Shown: positions 44,226 through 53,765, counted from the first letter of the stretch. The stretch is DNA of 64,000 bases from Mycobacteriales bacterium (GCA_035995165.1 DASYKU010000112.1:2377-66376); one strand, 5' to 3'. The notes: generated by a model from the letters alone, not told the origin. Numbers and translations: made by a program.

Positions 44226-45118
44226 CCGCGACGGATCGGGGCACGGCGGCGGTCCCGGCGGTGGCGGCGGCCCGGCGCCGACGCGGGCGGCGCGCGACCC
44301 AGCGGTCGCTGGCCGGCTCGATCGTGCTGTGGGTGCTGCTCGGGCTCGGGGCGGTGTTCATCCTGCTGCCGCTGGTGTGGATGCTGTCCACCGCGTTCAA
44401 GCAGCCGGACGACGCCTTCGCGGTGCCGCCGCACTGGCTGTCGAAGCCGACCGGGGCCAACTTCTCCGAGCTGCTCACCGGCGAGTTCCGCAAGTACGTG
44501 CTCAACTCACTGCTGGTCTCGGTGGTGACCACCGTGATCGCACTGGCCTTCGGGATCCCGGCCGGCTACGCGTTCGCCCGGACCCGGATCCGCGGCGGGA
44601 AGTTCATCCAGGCCTGGTTCGTGTTGGCCTACGTGATCCCACCGGTGATCTTCATCATCCCGCTCTACATCATCTACCAGCACGCGCACCTGCTGGACAG
44701 CTACACGGGGCTGGTGCTCGCGTACGAGACCGGGATCCTGCCGTTCACAGTCTGGTTGATGCGGGCGTACATGTCCGAGGTGCCGAGGGAGCTGGACGAG
44801 GCGGCCTGGATCGACGGCTGCTCGAAGCTGGGCGCGCTGTGGCGGGTGGTGCTGCCGACCGTGCTGCCGGGGATCACCACGGTCGGGCTGATGGTCGGGC
44901 TGTCGGCCTGGGGCGAGTACTTCGGGGCCGTGATCCTCACCGGCCCGAAGACGCAGACCGCGCCGGTGGCGGTCAACTCGTACGTCGGCCTGCTCAGCTC
45001 GGACTGGAGCAAGCTGGCCGCCGCCGGCGTGGTCGTCATCGTGCCCGCGCTGCTGGCCACCGTCTTCGTGCAGCGCGGGTTCGCCCGGGGGCTGTCCTTC
45101 GGCGCCGTCAAGCAGTGA
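44222..45118 (+). CDS. carbohydrate ABC transporter permease (MalG-like)
   Basis: C-terminal 298 aa of ORF 43844..45118. ATG at 44222 (ATGA overlap). Loop ...ELDEAAWIDGCSKLGALWRVVLP. No ATPase gene is present in the locus. Confidence 0.9.
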   Translation: MTATDRGTAAVPAVAAARRRRGRRATQRSLAGSIVLWVLLGLGAVFILLPLVWMLSTAFKQPDDAFAVPPHWLSKPTGANFSELLTGEFRKYVLNSLLVSVVTTVIALAFGIPAGYAFARTRIRGGKFIQAWFVLAYVIPPVIFIIPLYIIYQHAHLLDSYTGLVLAYETGILPFTVWLMRAYMSEVPRELDEAAWIDGCSKLGALWRVVLPTVLPGITTVGLMVGLSAWGEYFGAVILTGPKTQTAPVAVNSYVGLLSSDWSKLAAAGVVVIVPALLATVFVQRGFARGLSFGAVKQ

Positions 45119-46088
45119 GCAGCTCCGCGGCGAAGCGCAGCTGGGCGGCCCGCTGGAAGCCGCCGCCGCCCTCGTGCCCGTTGTACGGGTAGACCTCGAT
45201 CGCCGTCCGCGGGTGCGCCCACCGGTTGTACGCAGCGAACACCGTCGACGGCGGGCACACCGCGTCCATCAGCGCGACCGAGAACAGCGCCGGGGCGCTC
45301 GCCCGGGCGGCGAAGTGCACCCCGTCGAAGTACGACAGCACCTCGAAGGTGCGCTCCACCGCGTCCCGGTGGCCGGCCAGGTAGTGGGTGATCTCCACGT
45401 ACGGCCGGCTGTCGGTGATCTCGGTGGCCCGGCGCATGCAGGACAGGAACGGCACGTCCGGCATGGCCCCGAGCAGCCCGGGCACCAGCCCGGCCACCGC
45501 GACCGTGATGCCGCCGCCCTGGCTGCCGCCGGTGACGATCACCCGGTCCGGGTCCAGCCGCGGGTGCGCGCCGGCCACCTCGGTCGCCCGTACCGCGTCG
45601 GTGAACACCCGGCGGTAGAAGTAACTGTCGGGGGATTCGACGCCCATGGTCAGGAAGCCCGGCGCGTGCGGGCCGGTTGCCCCGGCGTTGTCCGGGGTGA
45701 CGCCGACGCTGTGGCCGGCGCTGCCCTGGCCGCGGGTGTCCACCACCAGGTGCGCGTAGCCGGCCGCGGCCCACAGCAGGTGGTCGTGCGGCAGCCCGCG
45801 GCCGCCCGCGTAGCCGATGAACTCGACCACCGTCGGCAGCGGTCGCTCGGTGCCGCGGGGGAGGACCAGCCAGGCCGCGACCCGGTCGCCGCCGAAGCCG
45901 GTGAACCGCACGTCGAGGACGTCGACCAGGGCCAGCCCGGTGTCCACCGGGACGAATTCCGGGGCCAGCTCGTGCTCTCGGGCCGCGCCCAGCGTGCCGG
46001 CCCAGAACTCGTCGAAGCCGGCCGGCGCGGGCAGCTCGGGGCGGAAGTCCCGCAGCTCCGGCAGCGGCAGGTCGAACTGGACGGCCAT
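45108..46088 (-). CDS. acetylxylan esterase / cephalosporin-C deacetylase (CE7, AXE1 family)
   Basis: ORF 45108..46088. Motifs RGQG, the nucleophile motif GGSQGG and C-terminal ...YPYNGHEGG. Its 3' end overlaps the permease 3' end by 11 nt. Confidence 0.88.
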   Translation of the reverse strand: MAVQFDLPLPELRDFRPELPAPAGFDEFWAGTLGAAREHELAPEFVPVDTGLALVDVLDVRFTGFGGDRVAAWLVLPRGTERPLPTVVEFIGYAGGRGLPHDHLLWAAAGYAHLVVDTRGQGSAGHSVGVTPDNAGATGPHAPGFLTMGVESPDSYFYRRVFTDAVRATEVAGAHPRLDPDRVIVTGGSQGGGITVAVAGLVPGLLGAMPDVPFLSCMRRATEITDSRPYVEITHYLAGHRDAVERTFEVLSYFDGVHFAARASAPALFSVALMDAVCPPSTVFAAYNRWAHPRTAIEVYPYNGHEGGGGFQRAAQLRFAAELLTA

Positions 46089-46100
46089 GTCCCACTCCTT

Positions 46101-46120
46101 GTTGACAGTTGACGGTCAAT
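46101..46120. promoter_or_regulatory. overlapping GTTGACAGT and palindromic GTTGAC-GG-TCAAT cores, candidate operator
   Basis: gttgacagttgacggtcaat lies in the 69-bp esterase/aldolase divergent gap. Confidence 0.5.
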
Positions 46121-46157
46121 CAGATTGGCTGGGACTCTACCCGCGCCGGGAGGTCTC

Positions 46158-47015
46158 GTGCCGGAACTCGTCGTCCCCGTCCTCACCCCGTTCGCCGGCG
46201 GCGGCATCGACGTCGCCGCGCTCGCCGCGCACTGCCGGTGGGTGGTCCAGGAGGGCGCTGCCGGCGTCATGCTCTTCGGCACCACCGGCGAGGGCCCGTC
46301 GATCAGCGTGCCGGAGAAGCTGGCCGCCGCCTCCGAGCTGGTCGACCTGCTGCCCGGGGTGCCGGTGATCGCCTCGGTCACCGAGACCGCGCTGCCGACG
46401 GCGCTGGAGTGCGTCCGCGGCTACGGCGAGCTGCCGCTGCGGGCGGTGCTGGTGCTGCCGCCGTACTACTTCCGGGAGGGGGCCGCCGACGGCGTCACCG
46501 CGTTCCTGGACCAGGTCGCGGCGGCCAGCGCGCACCCGGTGCTCGGCTACCACATCCCGAGCCTGGCCCCGCCGGTGCCGGCCGAGTGGGTGGCCGGCAG
46601 CACGCTGTGGGGCGCCAAGGACAGCGGCGGCGACCTGGCGTACACGCGGGCGCTGGTGGCGGCCGGCAAGACCGTCTACGTCGGGGCCGAGGCGGTCATC
46701 GCCGACGCGGTGGCGGCCGGCGCGGCCGGGGCCATCGCCGGGATGGCCAACCTGCTGCCCGGGCCGCTGGCCCGGCTGGTGGCCGCGGCCGGGGACGGCG
46801 ACCTGGCGACCGCGTACGCGCTGCGGGACGAGGTGCTGGCGGTGCAGCGGGCGGTGCTGGCGGCGGCGCCGGAGCTGGAGTTCATCACCGCGTTCAAGGA
46901 CCTGGCCGGGCAGCTGCACGGGCACCCGATGGGGGACGCCCGGCTGCCGCTGCGGCGCCGCCGGGACTACCTGACGCCATCGGTGACGGCGGCGCTGGCG
47001 GTCCCCGCGAGGTAG
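46158..47015 (+). CDS. DapA/NanA-family class I aldolase (dihydrodipicolinate synthase family)
   Basis: ORF 46125..47015. GTG at 46158 follows GGGAGG. Motifs GTTGEG, PPYY and the candidate Schiff-base Lys in WGAKDSGG. Confidence 0.8.
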   Translation: MPELVVPVLTPFAGGGIDVAALAAHCRWVVQEGAAGVMLFGTTGEGPSISVPEKLAAASELVDLLPGVPVIASVTETALPTALECVRGYGELPLRAVLVLPPYYFREGAADGVTAFLDQVAAASAHPVLGYHIPSLAPPVPAEWVAGSTLWGAKDSGGDLAYTRALVAAGKTVYVGAEAVIADAVAAGAAGAIAGMANLLPGPLARLVAAAGDGDLATAYALRDEVLAVQRAVLAAAPELEFITAFKDLAGQLHGHPMGDARLPLRRRRDYLTPSVTAALAVPAR

Positions 47016-48205
47016 GGCGCCAGCCCCTGGTTGGCCGGCAGCAGCTGCAGCAGGCACGCCTGCAGGGCGTGGTACGCGTCGTCCTTGCCGGCCCAGATCG
47101 TCGCCGCCGGCCGGCCGTCCTCGTCCAGCTCGTGCCACCAGCCGCCGTGCTCCCGGTCCAGGTAGGCGCGGTCGGCCAGGGCCCAGAACTCCGCGTACCG
47201 GTCGGCGTACGCGTCCTCGCCGGTGGCCGCGGCCAGCGCCCGGGCGGCGCCGATCCCCTCGGTCAGCGGCCAGTGCAGTCGCGCGGTGACCACCGGCCGG
47301 CCGGACCAGTCGGTGGTGTACGCGAACCCGTACCGGTCCAGGTCCCAGGCGTCGGCCACCGCCCGGTCGAACAGCGCGCGGGCCGCCGGCAGCAGCGCCG
47401 GGTCGCCGGTCTGCGCCCACACCTGCAGGACCAGCCGGGCCCACTCCAGCGCGTGCCCCGGCGTCGCCCCGTACGGGCGGAACGGGTCGGCCGGCCGGCC
47501 GGCGTTGTAGTCGGGCAGCGGGCGCCAGTCGGCGGTGAAGTGCTCGGGGATCCGCCAGCCGTTCGCCGCGGCGAAGCTGACCACCCGGGCGGTGATTTTG
47601 GCCGCCCGGTCCAGCCAGCGACGGTCGCCGGTGGCCGCGTGCGCGGCCAGGAACGCCTCCACCGCATGCATGTTCGCATTCACCCCGCGGTAGTCCTCCG
47701 GCACCGACCAGTCGGCCGGGTACGACTCGACGCACATGCGCTCGGCCGGCGCCCACAGGTGCTGGTCCACCACCTCGGTCGCCGCGTCGAGCAGGTCGGC
47801 GGCGGCGAACCCGGCGGTGGCCGCGGTGGCCGCGGCGAGCAGCACGAACGCGTGCGCGTAGGTGGTCTTGGTGCCGTCGGCGACCGTACTGCCGTCATCG
47901 GCGAGCGCCGCGTGCCAGCCGCCGTGCGCCCGGTCGGCGAACGGGCCGCGCAGCGCGGCCAGGCCGTGCTCGACCAGCTCGGCGTCCGGCCGGCCGAGCA
48001 GGCAGCCCAGGGAGAACGCGTAGGTCATCCGGGCGGTGGCGTAGAGCGGCTTGACGCCGGGCACCGGCCGGCCGGCAGTGTCCAGGCCGGTGAAGCCGCC
48101 GTGCTCCCGGTCGGCCGCGGACCGGGCGAAGTCGAGCAGCCGATGCGCCTCGGCCACCGCCCAGGCGCGGTGCTCCGGCCGGGCCAATGTGAAGCGCGCG
48201 TCCAC
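46967..48205 (-). CDS. AGE-family epimerase/isomerase (N-acylglucosamine 2-epimerase / YihS-like)
   Basis: ORF 46967..48205, GTG start. Alpha/alpha-barrel repeats ...YAHAFVLLA..., ...NANMHAVEAF..., ...PGHALEWARL..., ...HWPLTE.... Confidence 0.85.
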   Translation of the reverse strand: MDARFTLARPEHRAWAVAEAHRLLDFARSAADREHGGFTGLDTAGRPVPGVKPLYATARMTYAFSLGCLLGRPDAELVEHGLAALRGPFADRAHGGWHAALADDGSTVADGTKTTYAHAFVLLAAATAATAGFAAADLLDAATEVVDQHLWAPAERMCVESYPADWSVPEDYRGVNANMHAVEAFLAAHAATGDRRWLDRAAKITARVVSFAAANGWRIPEHFTADWRPLPDYNAGRPADPFRPYGATPGHALEWARLVLQVWAQTGDPALLPAARALFDRAVADAWDLDRYGFAYTTDWSGRPVVTARLHWPLTEGIGAARALAAATGEDAYADRYAEFWALADRAYLDREHGGWWHELDEDGRPAATIWAGKDDAYHALQACLLQLLPANQGLAPYLAGTASAAVTDGVR

Positions 48206-48206
48206 C

Positions 48207-49196
48207 TCAGGCGACCCGGACCACGGCCTTGACGCAGGCCGGGTCGCCGACCCGGTCCAGCGCCTCGCCGTACCGGTCCAGGTCCAGCCAGTGGGTGATG
48301 ATCCCGTCCGGGCGGACCCGGCCGGTGCGCAGCAGCGCCATCGCCCGATCGAAGCTGTGCCCCTGGGAGAACGAGCCCTTGATGGTCAGCTCGCGGCGGA
48401 ACACGTCGTACGGGTTGACGGTCAGCGTGGCGTCCTCGGCGGTCATGCCGTACACGAACAGGGTGCCGCCGATGCCGAGCAGGCCGAGGCCGGTCGCCAG
48501 CACCTCGGGGGCGCCGGTGGCGTCGACCACCACGTCGTACCCGTCCGGGGTGCGCAGGTCGCCGCCGATGGGCAGGATGCGGTCCGCTCCGAGGGCGGCG
48601 GCCAGCTCCAGCTTCGCCGGGGTGCGGCCGGCCACGGTGACCCGCGCCGCGCCGGACGCCCGCAGCAGCTGGGTGAGCAGCAGCCCGGTCGGCCCGGTGC
48701 CGAGCACCAGCACGTCGCTGCCGGCCTTGAGGTCGAGGACGTCCAGCCCGTGCACCACGCAGGCGGTCGGCTCGGCCAACAGGGCCGCCTCCAGGCTGAG
48801 GTCGCCGGCCGGATGGCACTTGCCGGCCGGGGCCAGCACGGCCTCGCCGAAGCCGCCCGGGTCGGTCACGCCGAGCGCCCGCATGCCGGCGCAGAACTGC
48901 GGCCGGGCCCGCAGGCACTGCGCGCAGTCGCCGCAGGCCACCATGTTGTCCAGCGCCACCGTCTCGCCGACCGTACGGCCGGTGACCCCGTCGCCCAGCG
49001 CGTCCACCACGCCGACGATCTCGTGCCCCGGAGTAAGCGGGTAGACCGGGCCGAACTGGCCGGCGTGCAGGTGCACGTCGGTGCCGCAAACCCCGCTGGC
49101 CAGCACCCGCAGCCGGACCTGACCGGGCCCCGGCTCCGGCAGTGGCACGTCGGCCAGCTCCCAGTGCCGCGGCCGGTCGTACACGATCGCCCTCAT
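48207..49196 (-). CDS. zinc-dependent alcohol/polyol dehydrogenase (MDR family)
   Basis: C-terminal 329 aa of ORF 48207..49877 starting MRAIVYD (ATGA overlap). Motifs GVCGTDVH, GHEIVG, the CGDCAQC structural-Zn motif and GTGPTG. Confidence 0.9.
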   Translation of the reverse strand: MRAIVYDRPRHWELADVPLPEPGPGQVRLRVLASGVCGTDVHLHAGQFGPVYPLTPGHEIVGVVDALGDGVTGRTVGETVALDNMVACGDCAQCLRARPQFCAGMRALGVTDPGGFGEAVLAPAGKCHPAGDLSLEAALLAEPTACVVHGLDVLDLKAGSDVLVLGTGPTGLLLTQLLRASGAARVTVAGRTPAKLELAAALGADRILPIGGDLRTPDGYDVVVDATGAPEVLATGLGLLGIGGTLFVYGMTAEDATLTVNPYDVFRRELTIKGSFSQGHSFDRAMALLRTGRVRPDGIITHWLDLDRYGEALDRVGDPACVKAVVRVA

Positions 49197-50182
49197 GTGA
49201 TCTCCACCCTCGTCTTCAAGCCCTCGCCGCGGCGGGCCGCGGCCAGTGCGTCCGCCGTCCGGGCCAGCGGGTACGCGGCGCCGTGCAGCAGCTGCACCGG
49301 CAGCCGGCCGGCGGCCAGCAGCCTGGCGGCCCGGCCGAAGCTGTGCCGAACCGAATTGACCCCGACCACGGTCAGCTCCCGGGCCACGATGTCGAACGGC
49401 TCGAACTCGAAGCTCGCGCCCGGCCCGCTCACCCCGAGCAGGCCGATCCGGGCGGTGCGGCGGGCGTACCGGAAGGCGTCGGCGATGGCCCGCGGGCTGC
49501 CGGTCGCGTCCACCAGCACGCCCCAGCCGCCCTGGTCCAGCTCCGCCGCTGCGGTGCCGGTACGCCGCGCCCCGAACGCCGCCGCGGTGGGCAGCCGGTC
49601 CCGGTTGCGGTCCACCACGTCCACCTCGGCCCCGGCCCGGTCCAGCAGCGCGGCGGTGAGCAGCCCGATCGGGCCGGCCCCGAACACCAGAGCCGGCTCG
49701 CCGAGCACCGGGCCGAGCCGGTCCAGGCCGTGCAGCACGCAGGACAGCGGCTCGACCAGGCTGCCCAGCTCGGGGATGAGGCCGTCGGGCAGCGGCTCGC
49801 AGCGGGCGCCGGTCACCGCGACGTACTCGGCCAGCGCGCCGGGGGCGGTGGTGCCGAGGCCGCCGCCGCGCAGGCACATGTTGGTCCAGCCGGCCCGGCA
49901 GCGGTCGCAGGCGTCGCAGTAGTCCATCGGGTCGACGGCGACCGCGGTGCCGACCGTGAGATCCCGGACGGCCCGGCCGACCGCGACCACGGTGCCGGTG
50001 AACTCGTGCCCGGGGATCACCGGGTAGCGAACAACGCCGTAGTCGCCGTCCAGCACGTGCAGGTCGGTGCCGCAGATCCCGCAGGTGTGCACCCGTACCA
50101 CCACCTGGTGGTCCAGCGGGGCCGGGTCGGGCAGCTCGGTGATCGCCAGCCTGCCGGGCGCGGCGACGACCGCAGCCTTCAC
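49193..50182 (-). CDS. zinc-dependent alcohol/polyol dehydrogenase (MDR family), second copy
   Basis: C-terminal 329 aa of ORF 49193..51277. GTG at 50182 (GTGA overlap). Motifs GICGTDLH, GHEFTG, CDACDRC and GAGPIG. Confidence 0.9.
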   Translation of the reverse strand: MKAAVVAAPGRLAITELPDPAPLDHQVVVRVHTCGICGTDLHVLDGDYGVVRYPVIPGHEFTGTVVAVGRAVRDLTVGTAVAVDPMDYCDACDRCRAGWTNMCLRGGGLGTTAPGALAEYVAVTGARCEPLPDGLIPELGSLVEPLSCVLHGLDRLGPVLGEPALVFGAGPIGLLTAALLDRAGAEVDVVDRNRDRLPTAAAFGARRTGTAAAELDQGGWGVLVDATGSPRAIADAFRYARRTARIGLLGVSGPGASFEFEPFDIVARELTVVGVNSVRHSFGRAARLLAAGRLPVQLLHGAAYPLARTADALAAARRGEGLKTRVEIT

Positions 50183-50874
50183 CGGGCCACCGCCGCAGTC
50201 CAGAAGTCCGCGAGGTCGGTGTCGGCGCCCAGCTCCTTGATCGCGGCGGCGGCCCGGCGGGGGTCGGGGTCGGCGAAGACGAGCGAGCCGGGGATCACCC
50301 CGTCGGCGCCGGCCCGCGCCAGCCGGGGGACGGTGTGCCGGCGGATGCCGCCGTCCACCACCAGGTCGCCGGTCCAGCCGGCGGCGGCCCGGGCGGCGGT
50401 CAGCGCGGTCACCCGCTCCGGGGCGGCCGGATCGAGGTCGCGGCCCTTCACGCCGGTCTCGGTGCCCATCACCAGCACCCGGTCCAGCGCGCCGAGCCGG
50501 TCGGCGGCGACGGGGACCGGCTCGTGCAGCTCCAGGCCGAGGCCGGCCGCGCAGCCGGTGTCCCGGATGCCGGCCAGGGTGGCGTCGACGTCCGGGCAGG
50601 GCGCGGACTGGACGGTGATCACGTCGGCGCCGGCGGCGGCGAACCGGGGCACCCAGAAGTCCGGGTCGGTGACGTTGAGGTGTACGTCCACGGTCCGCCC
50701 GGTCCGGCGCCGCAGGGCGGCGACCAGGTCGGGGCCGTAGAGCAGCTCGGCGACGTCGTGGCCGTCGAAGACGTCGACGTGAAAGCCGTCGACGAGATCG
50801 TCCACCAGGTCGACCGCCCGGCCCAGGTCGAGCTGGTCGGCCGACCAGAGCGACACGAACTGCTTCATCTCCAC
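50179..50874 (-). CDS. ribulose-phosphate 3-epimerase family protein
   Basis: ORF 50179..50874. Motifs SLWSAD, HVDVFDGH, DVHLNV, MGTETG and VVDGGI. Confidence 0.8.
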   Translation of the reverse strand: MEMKQFVSLWSADQLDLGRAVDLVDDLVDGFHVDVFDGHDVAELLYGPDLVAALRRRTGRTVDVHLNVTDPDFWVPRFAAAGADVITVQSAPCPDVDATLAGIRDTGCAAGLGLELHEPVPVAADRLGALDRVLVMGTETGVKGRDLDPAAPERVTALTAARAAAGWTGDLVVDGGIRRHTVPRLARAGADGVIPGSLVFADPDPRRAAAAIKELGADTDLADFWTAAVAR

Positions 50875-50924
50875 CGCCTCGTCGAGGTGCTTGCGGGCCG
50901 CCTCGGCACCATGACACCATCAAT

Positions 50925-50937
50925 GCAGTCTGTAAAC
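50925..50937. promoter_or_regulatory. GTTTACAGACTGC (on the minus strand), candidate operator
   Basis: gcagtctgtaaac lies in the 83-bp epimerase/ROK divergent gap. Confidence 0.4.
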
Positions 50938-50957
50938 AAAAAACTGTCAGGAGTCTC

Positions 50958-51884
50958 GTGGTTGCGGTCGGCGTGGACATCGGCGGCAGCAAGGTCGCCG
51001 CCGCCGCGCTGACCGGTCCGGCCCGCAGCTGGCGGGAGCACGGGCTGCGCCCGGACACGGCCACCACCGCCGGGGTGGTCGCCGCGATCCGCGCTGCCGC
51101 GCTCGCCGTGGCGGGCGGTGACCCCGTCGACGCGGTCGGGCTGTCGGTCGCCGGCTGGCTGTCCGCCGACCGCCGCCGGGTCGTGCACGCGGCCAACCTC
51201 GGCCTCCGCGACGTCCCGCTCCCCGACCTGGTCGCCGCCGCCCTCGACTGCCCGGTGGTGATGGAGAACGACGGCAACGCCGCCGCCGTCGCCGAAGCCG
51301 TCCGCGCCGCCGCCGACGCAGTGGCCGCCGGTCGTACGGGCGCCGGGACCGTGGTCGTGCTGGCGCTGGGAACCGGGGTGGGCGGCGGGGTGGTGCTGCC
51401 GGGCGGGACGGTGCTGACCGGGGACGGTGGGCTGGCCGGGGAGCTGGGGCACCTGCCGGTGCCGGGGGACGGCCGGCCGTGCGTGTGCGGCGGCCTGGAC
51501 TGCCTGGAGCTCTACGCGAGCGGCCCGGGGCTGGCGGCCGCGGCCGGTACCCCGGACGCGCGGGCGGCGGTCGCCGCGGCCGGACGGGGTGACCCCCGGG
51601 CGGCCGCGGCGCTGCGTGCCGCCGCGGCCGCCCTGGCGGCTGCCGTCCGCATCCTGCAGCCGGTGCTCGACCCGGCCCGGGTGGTGCTCGCCGGCAGCGT
51701 CGCCGAAGGCGCCGGACCGCCGCTGCGGGACGCGGTGACCGCCGCCCTGGCCGGCCCCGGCCCGCTGGCCGCGGTGGCCGCACCGCCGGAGATCTCGCTC
51801 AGCACCCTCGGCCCGTACGCCTGCGCGATCGGCGCAGCCGAGCTGGCCGCCGGCCGGAAGAGAAGAGGACTGCTCCGTGCCTGA
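50958..51884 (+). CDS. ROK-family sugar kinase (no HTH domain)
   Basis: ORF 50958..51884, GTG after caggag. Motifs GVDIGGSK, ENDGNAAA and the Zn motif GHLPV...CVCGGLDCLE. Confidence 0.85.
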   Translation: MVAVGVDIGGSKVAAAALTGPARSWREHGLRPDTATTAGVVAAIRAAALAVAGGDPVDAVGLSVAGWLSADRRRVVHAANLGLRDVPLPDLVAAALDCPVVMENDGNAAAVAEAVRAAADAVAAGRTGAGTVVVLALGTGVGGGVVLPGGTVLTGDGGLAGELGHLPVPGDGRPCVCGGLDCLELYASGPGLAAAAGTPDARAAVAAAGRGDPRAAAALRAAAAALAAAVRILQPVLDPARVVLAGSVAEGAGPPLRDAVTAALAGPGPLAAVAAPPEISLSTLGPYACAIGAAELAAGRKRRGLLRA

Positions 51885-52917
51885 CCCCGCGCCGCTCCGC
51901 ATCGGCGTCATCGGCTGCGGCCGCATCGCCCAGGTGGTGCACCTGCCGGCTATCGCCAAGTCCCTCGCGGTCGAGCTGGTCGCGGTGAGCGACCCGAGCC
52001 CGACCCTGTCGGGCGGCGTCGGCGCCCGGTACGGCGTACCCGGGCTGACCGACACCGCCGAGCTGTTGGCCGCCGACCTGGCCGCCGTGCTCATCGCGGT
52101 GCCGGACCGGCTGCATCTGCTGCTGGGCGGGGCGGCGCTGGCCGCCGGCCGGCACGTGCTGCTGGAGAAGCCGTCCGCGGCCACCGCCGAGGAGGGCCTG
52201 CAGCTGGCCGAGGCGGCCGACAAGGCCGGTCGGACCCTGCAGATCGGGGCGATGCGCCGGCACGACCCGGCGCTGCGCTGGGCCCGGGACCGGGTGCCGG
52301 AGCTGGGCGAGCTGCTGGTGGCCGACTTCGCCTACCGGCTGCCGACGAAGCTGCGGGCCAGCACCGAGGCCACCCTGTTCCCGGCCATGGTGGTGGACGA
52401 GACGGTCCGGGCCACCGAGGCGACCTTCAAGGTGGACCGGCCGGCCTACCTGCTGCGCACCCACGGCGCGCACGTCTTCGACGCGGTCCGGTTCTTCCTC
52501 GGCGAGGTCACCGAGGTGCGGGCCCAACTGGCTCAGCACGGCCCGGACCTGCACTGGCAGGTGACCCTGGGCACCGAGCGGGGGCTGGCCGCGGTCGCGA
52601 TCACCGCCAACACCCACTCCGACTACGCCGAGCACGTCACCCTGTACGGCGCGGGTGGCGAGCTGCGGATCGAGTCGTACTTCCCGTTCTACCGGCGGTC
52701 CAGCACTGTCGCAGTATTCGCCGAGGACGAGCAGCTGTGGCGGTCGCCCGAACTGGGAGCGGTGGACCCGTACCAGCGGCAGCTGGAGGCCTTCGCCGAC
52801 GCGGTCCGGACCGGCCGGCCGGCCGAGCCGGACGGCTGGGACGGGCTGGCCGCGCTGCGGGTGATCGAAGCTACCGCGGCCAGCGTCGCGGCCGGCGGCG
52901 ACCCGGTCCGGCCGTGA
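51877..52917 (+). CDS. Gfo/Idh/MocA-family oxidoreductase
   Basis: ORF 51877..52917. Motifs IGVIGCGRIA and LLEKP. Confidence 0.88.
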   Translation: MPDPAPLRIGVIGCGRIAQVVHLPAIAKSLAVELVAVSDPSPTLSGGVGARYGVPGLTDTAELLAADLAAVLIAVPDRLHLLLGGAALAAGRHVLLEKPSAATAEEGLQLAEAADKAGRTLQIGAMRRHDPALRWARDRVPELGELLVADFAYRLPTKLRASTEATLFPAMVVDETVRATEATFKVDRPAYLLRTHGAHVFDAVRFFLGEVTEVRAQLAQHGPDLHWQVTLGTERGLAAVAITANTHSDYAEHVTLYGAGGELRIESYFPFYRRSSTVAVFAEDEQLWRSPELGAVDPYQRQLEAFADAVRTGRPAEPDGWDGLAALRVIEATAASVAAGGDPVRP

Positions 52918-53765
52918 CGGACCGGGTCGGCGTCTTCGCCCGCAGCTTCATCCGGGACAGCGCTGGTGCGGTGGCCGACGCCGTCGTCGCGGCCGGCTAC
53001 GACACCGTGCAGCTCAACCTGTCCAGCGTCGGGCTGCCGACGGTCCCGGCCGACCCCGACGGGCTCGACCTGGCCGGGATTGCGGCCGCCTTCGCCGACC
53101 GCGGGGTGTCGGTATGGGGCGTGTCGGTCACCTACAACGCGATCGACCCGGACCCGGACCGGCGGCGGGAGCTGACCGCGCGGGCGGCCCGGTTCCTGGC
53201 CCGGGTGCCGGAGCTGGGCGCCGGGTTCGCCACCCTGTGCACCGGCACCCGCGACCCGGAGAACATGTGGCGCCGGCACCCGGACAACGACACCCCGGCC
53301 GCCTGGCGGGACCTGCGGGCCACCCTCGACGTGCTGCTGGCCGCCGCATCCGCCGCCGGCATCCGGCTCGGGGTGGAGCCGGAGGGGGCGAACGTGATCG
53401 CCGACGCCGCCCGCGCCGTCCGGCTGCTGGCCGAGCTGGGCCCGGACGCCGGGCTGGTCGGCATCGTGCTCGACCCGGCCAACCTGGTCACGCCCGAGCA
53501 GGCCGCCGACCAGCGGAAGATCCTCACCACGGCGGCGGAGACGCTGGCCGGCTCGGTGGTCTGCCTGCACGCCAAGGACGTCACCCCGGGCGGCTACGCG
53601 GCGGTGGGGGAGGGGTTGCTGGACTACGAGCTTGTCCTGGCGCTGCGGGCCGGGCTGCCGGTCGCGGTGCCGGTGGTGGTGCAGGACGTCACCGAGGCCG
53701 ACGCGCGTCGGGTCAGGGATTTCCTCGCCGCCGGCCTGACCCGCCACCCGTGGCGGCCCGGGTGA
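52914..53765 (+). CDS. sugar-phosphate isomerase/epimerase (xylose-isomerase-like TIM barrel)
   Basis: C-terminal 283 aa of ORF 52737..53765. GTG at 52914 (GTGA overlap). ...GVEPE... and ...HAKD... patterns. Confidence 0.75.
   Translation: MTDRVGVFARSFIRDSAGAVADAVVAAGYDTVQLNLSSVGLPTVPADPDGLDLAGIAAAFADRGVSVWGVSVTYNAIDPDPDRRRELTARAARFLARVPELGAGFATLCTGTRDPENMWRRHPDNDTPAAWRDLRATLDVLLAAASAAGIRLGVEPEGANVIADAARAVRLLAELGPDAGLVGIVLDPANLVTPEQAADQRKILTTAAETLAGSVVCLHAKDVTPGGYAAVGEGLLDYELVLALRAGLPVAVPVVVQDVTEADARRVRDFLAAGLTRHPWRPG

Noticed and set aside
50958-51884. The ROK protein as the transcriptional repressor of the sugar locus
   Set aside because: At 308 aa it starts directly with the ATP-binding GVDIGGSK motif and has no N-terminal winged-helix domain. 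It is a kinase-type ROK.
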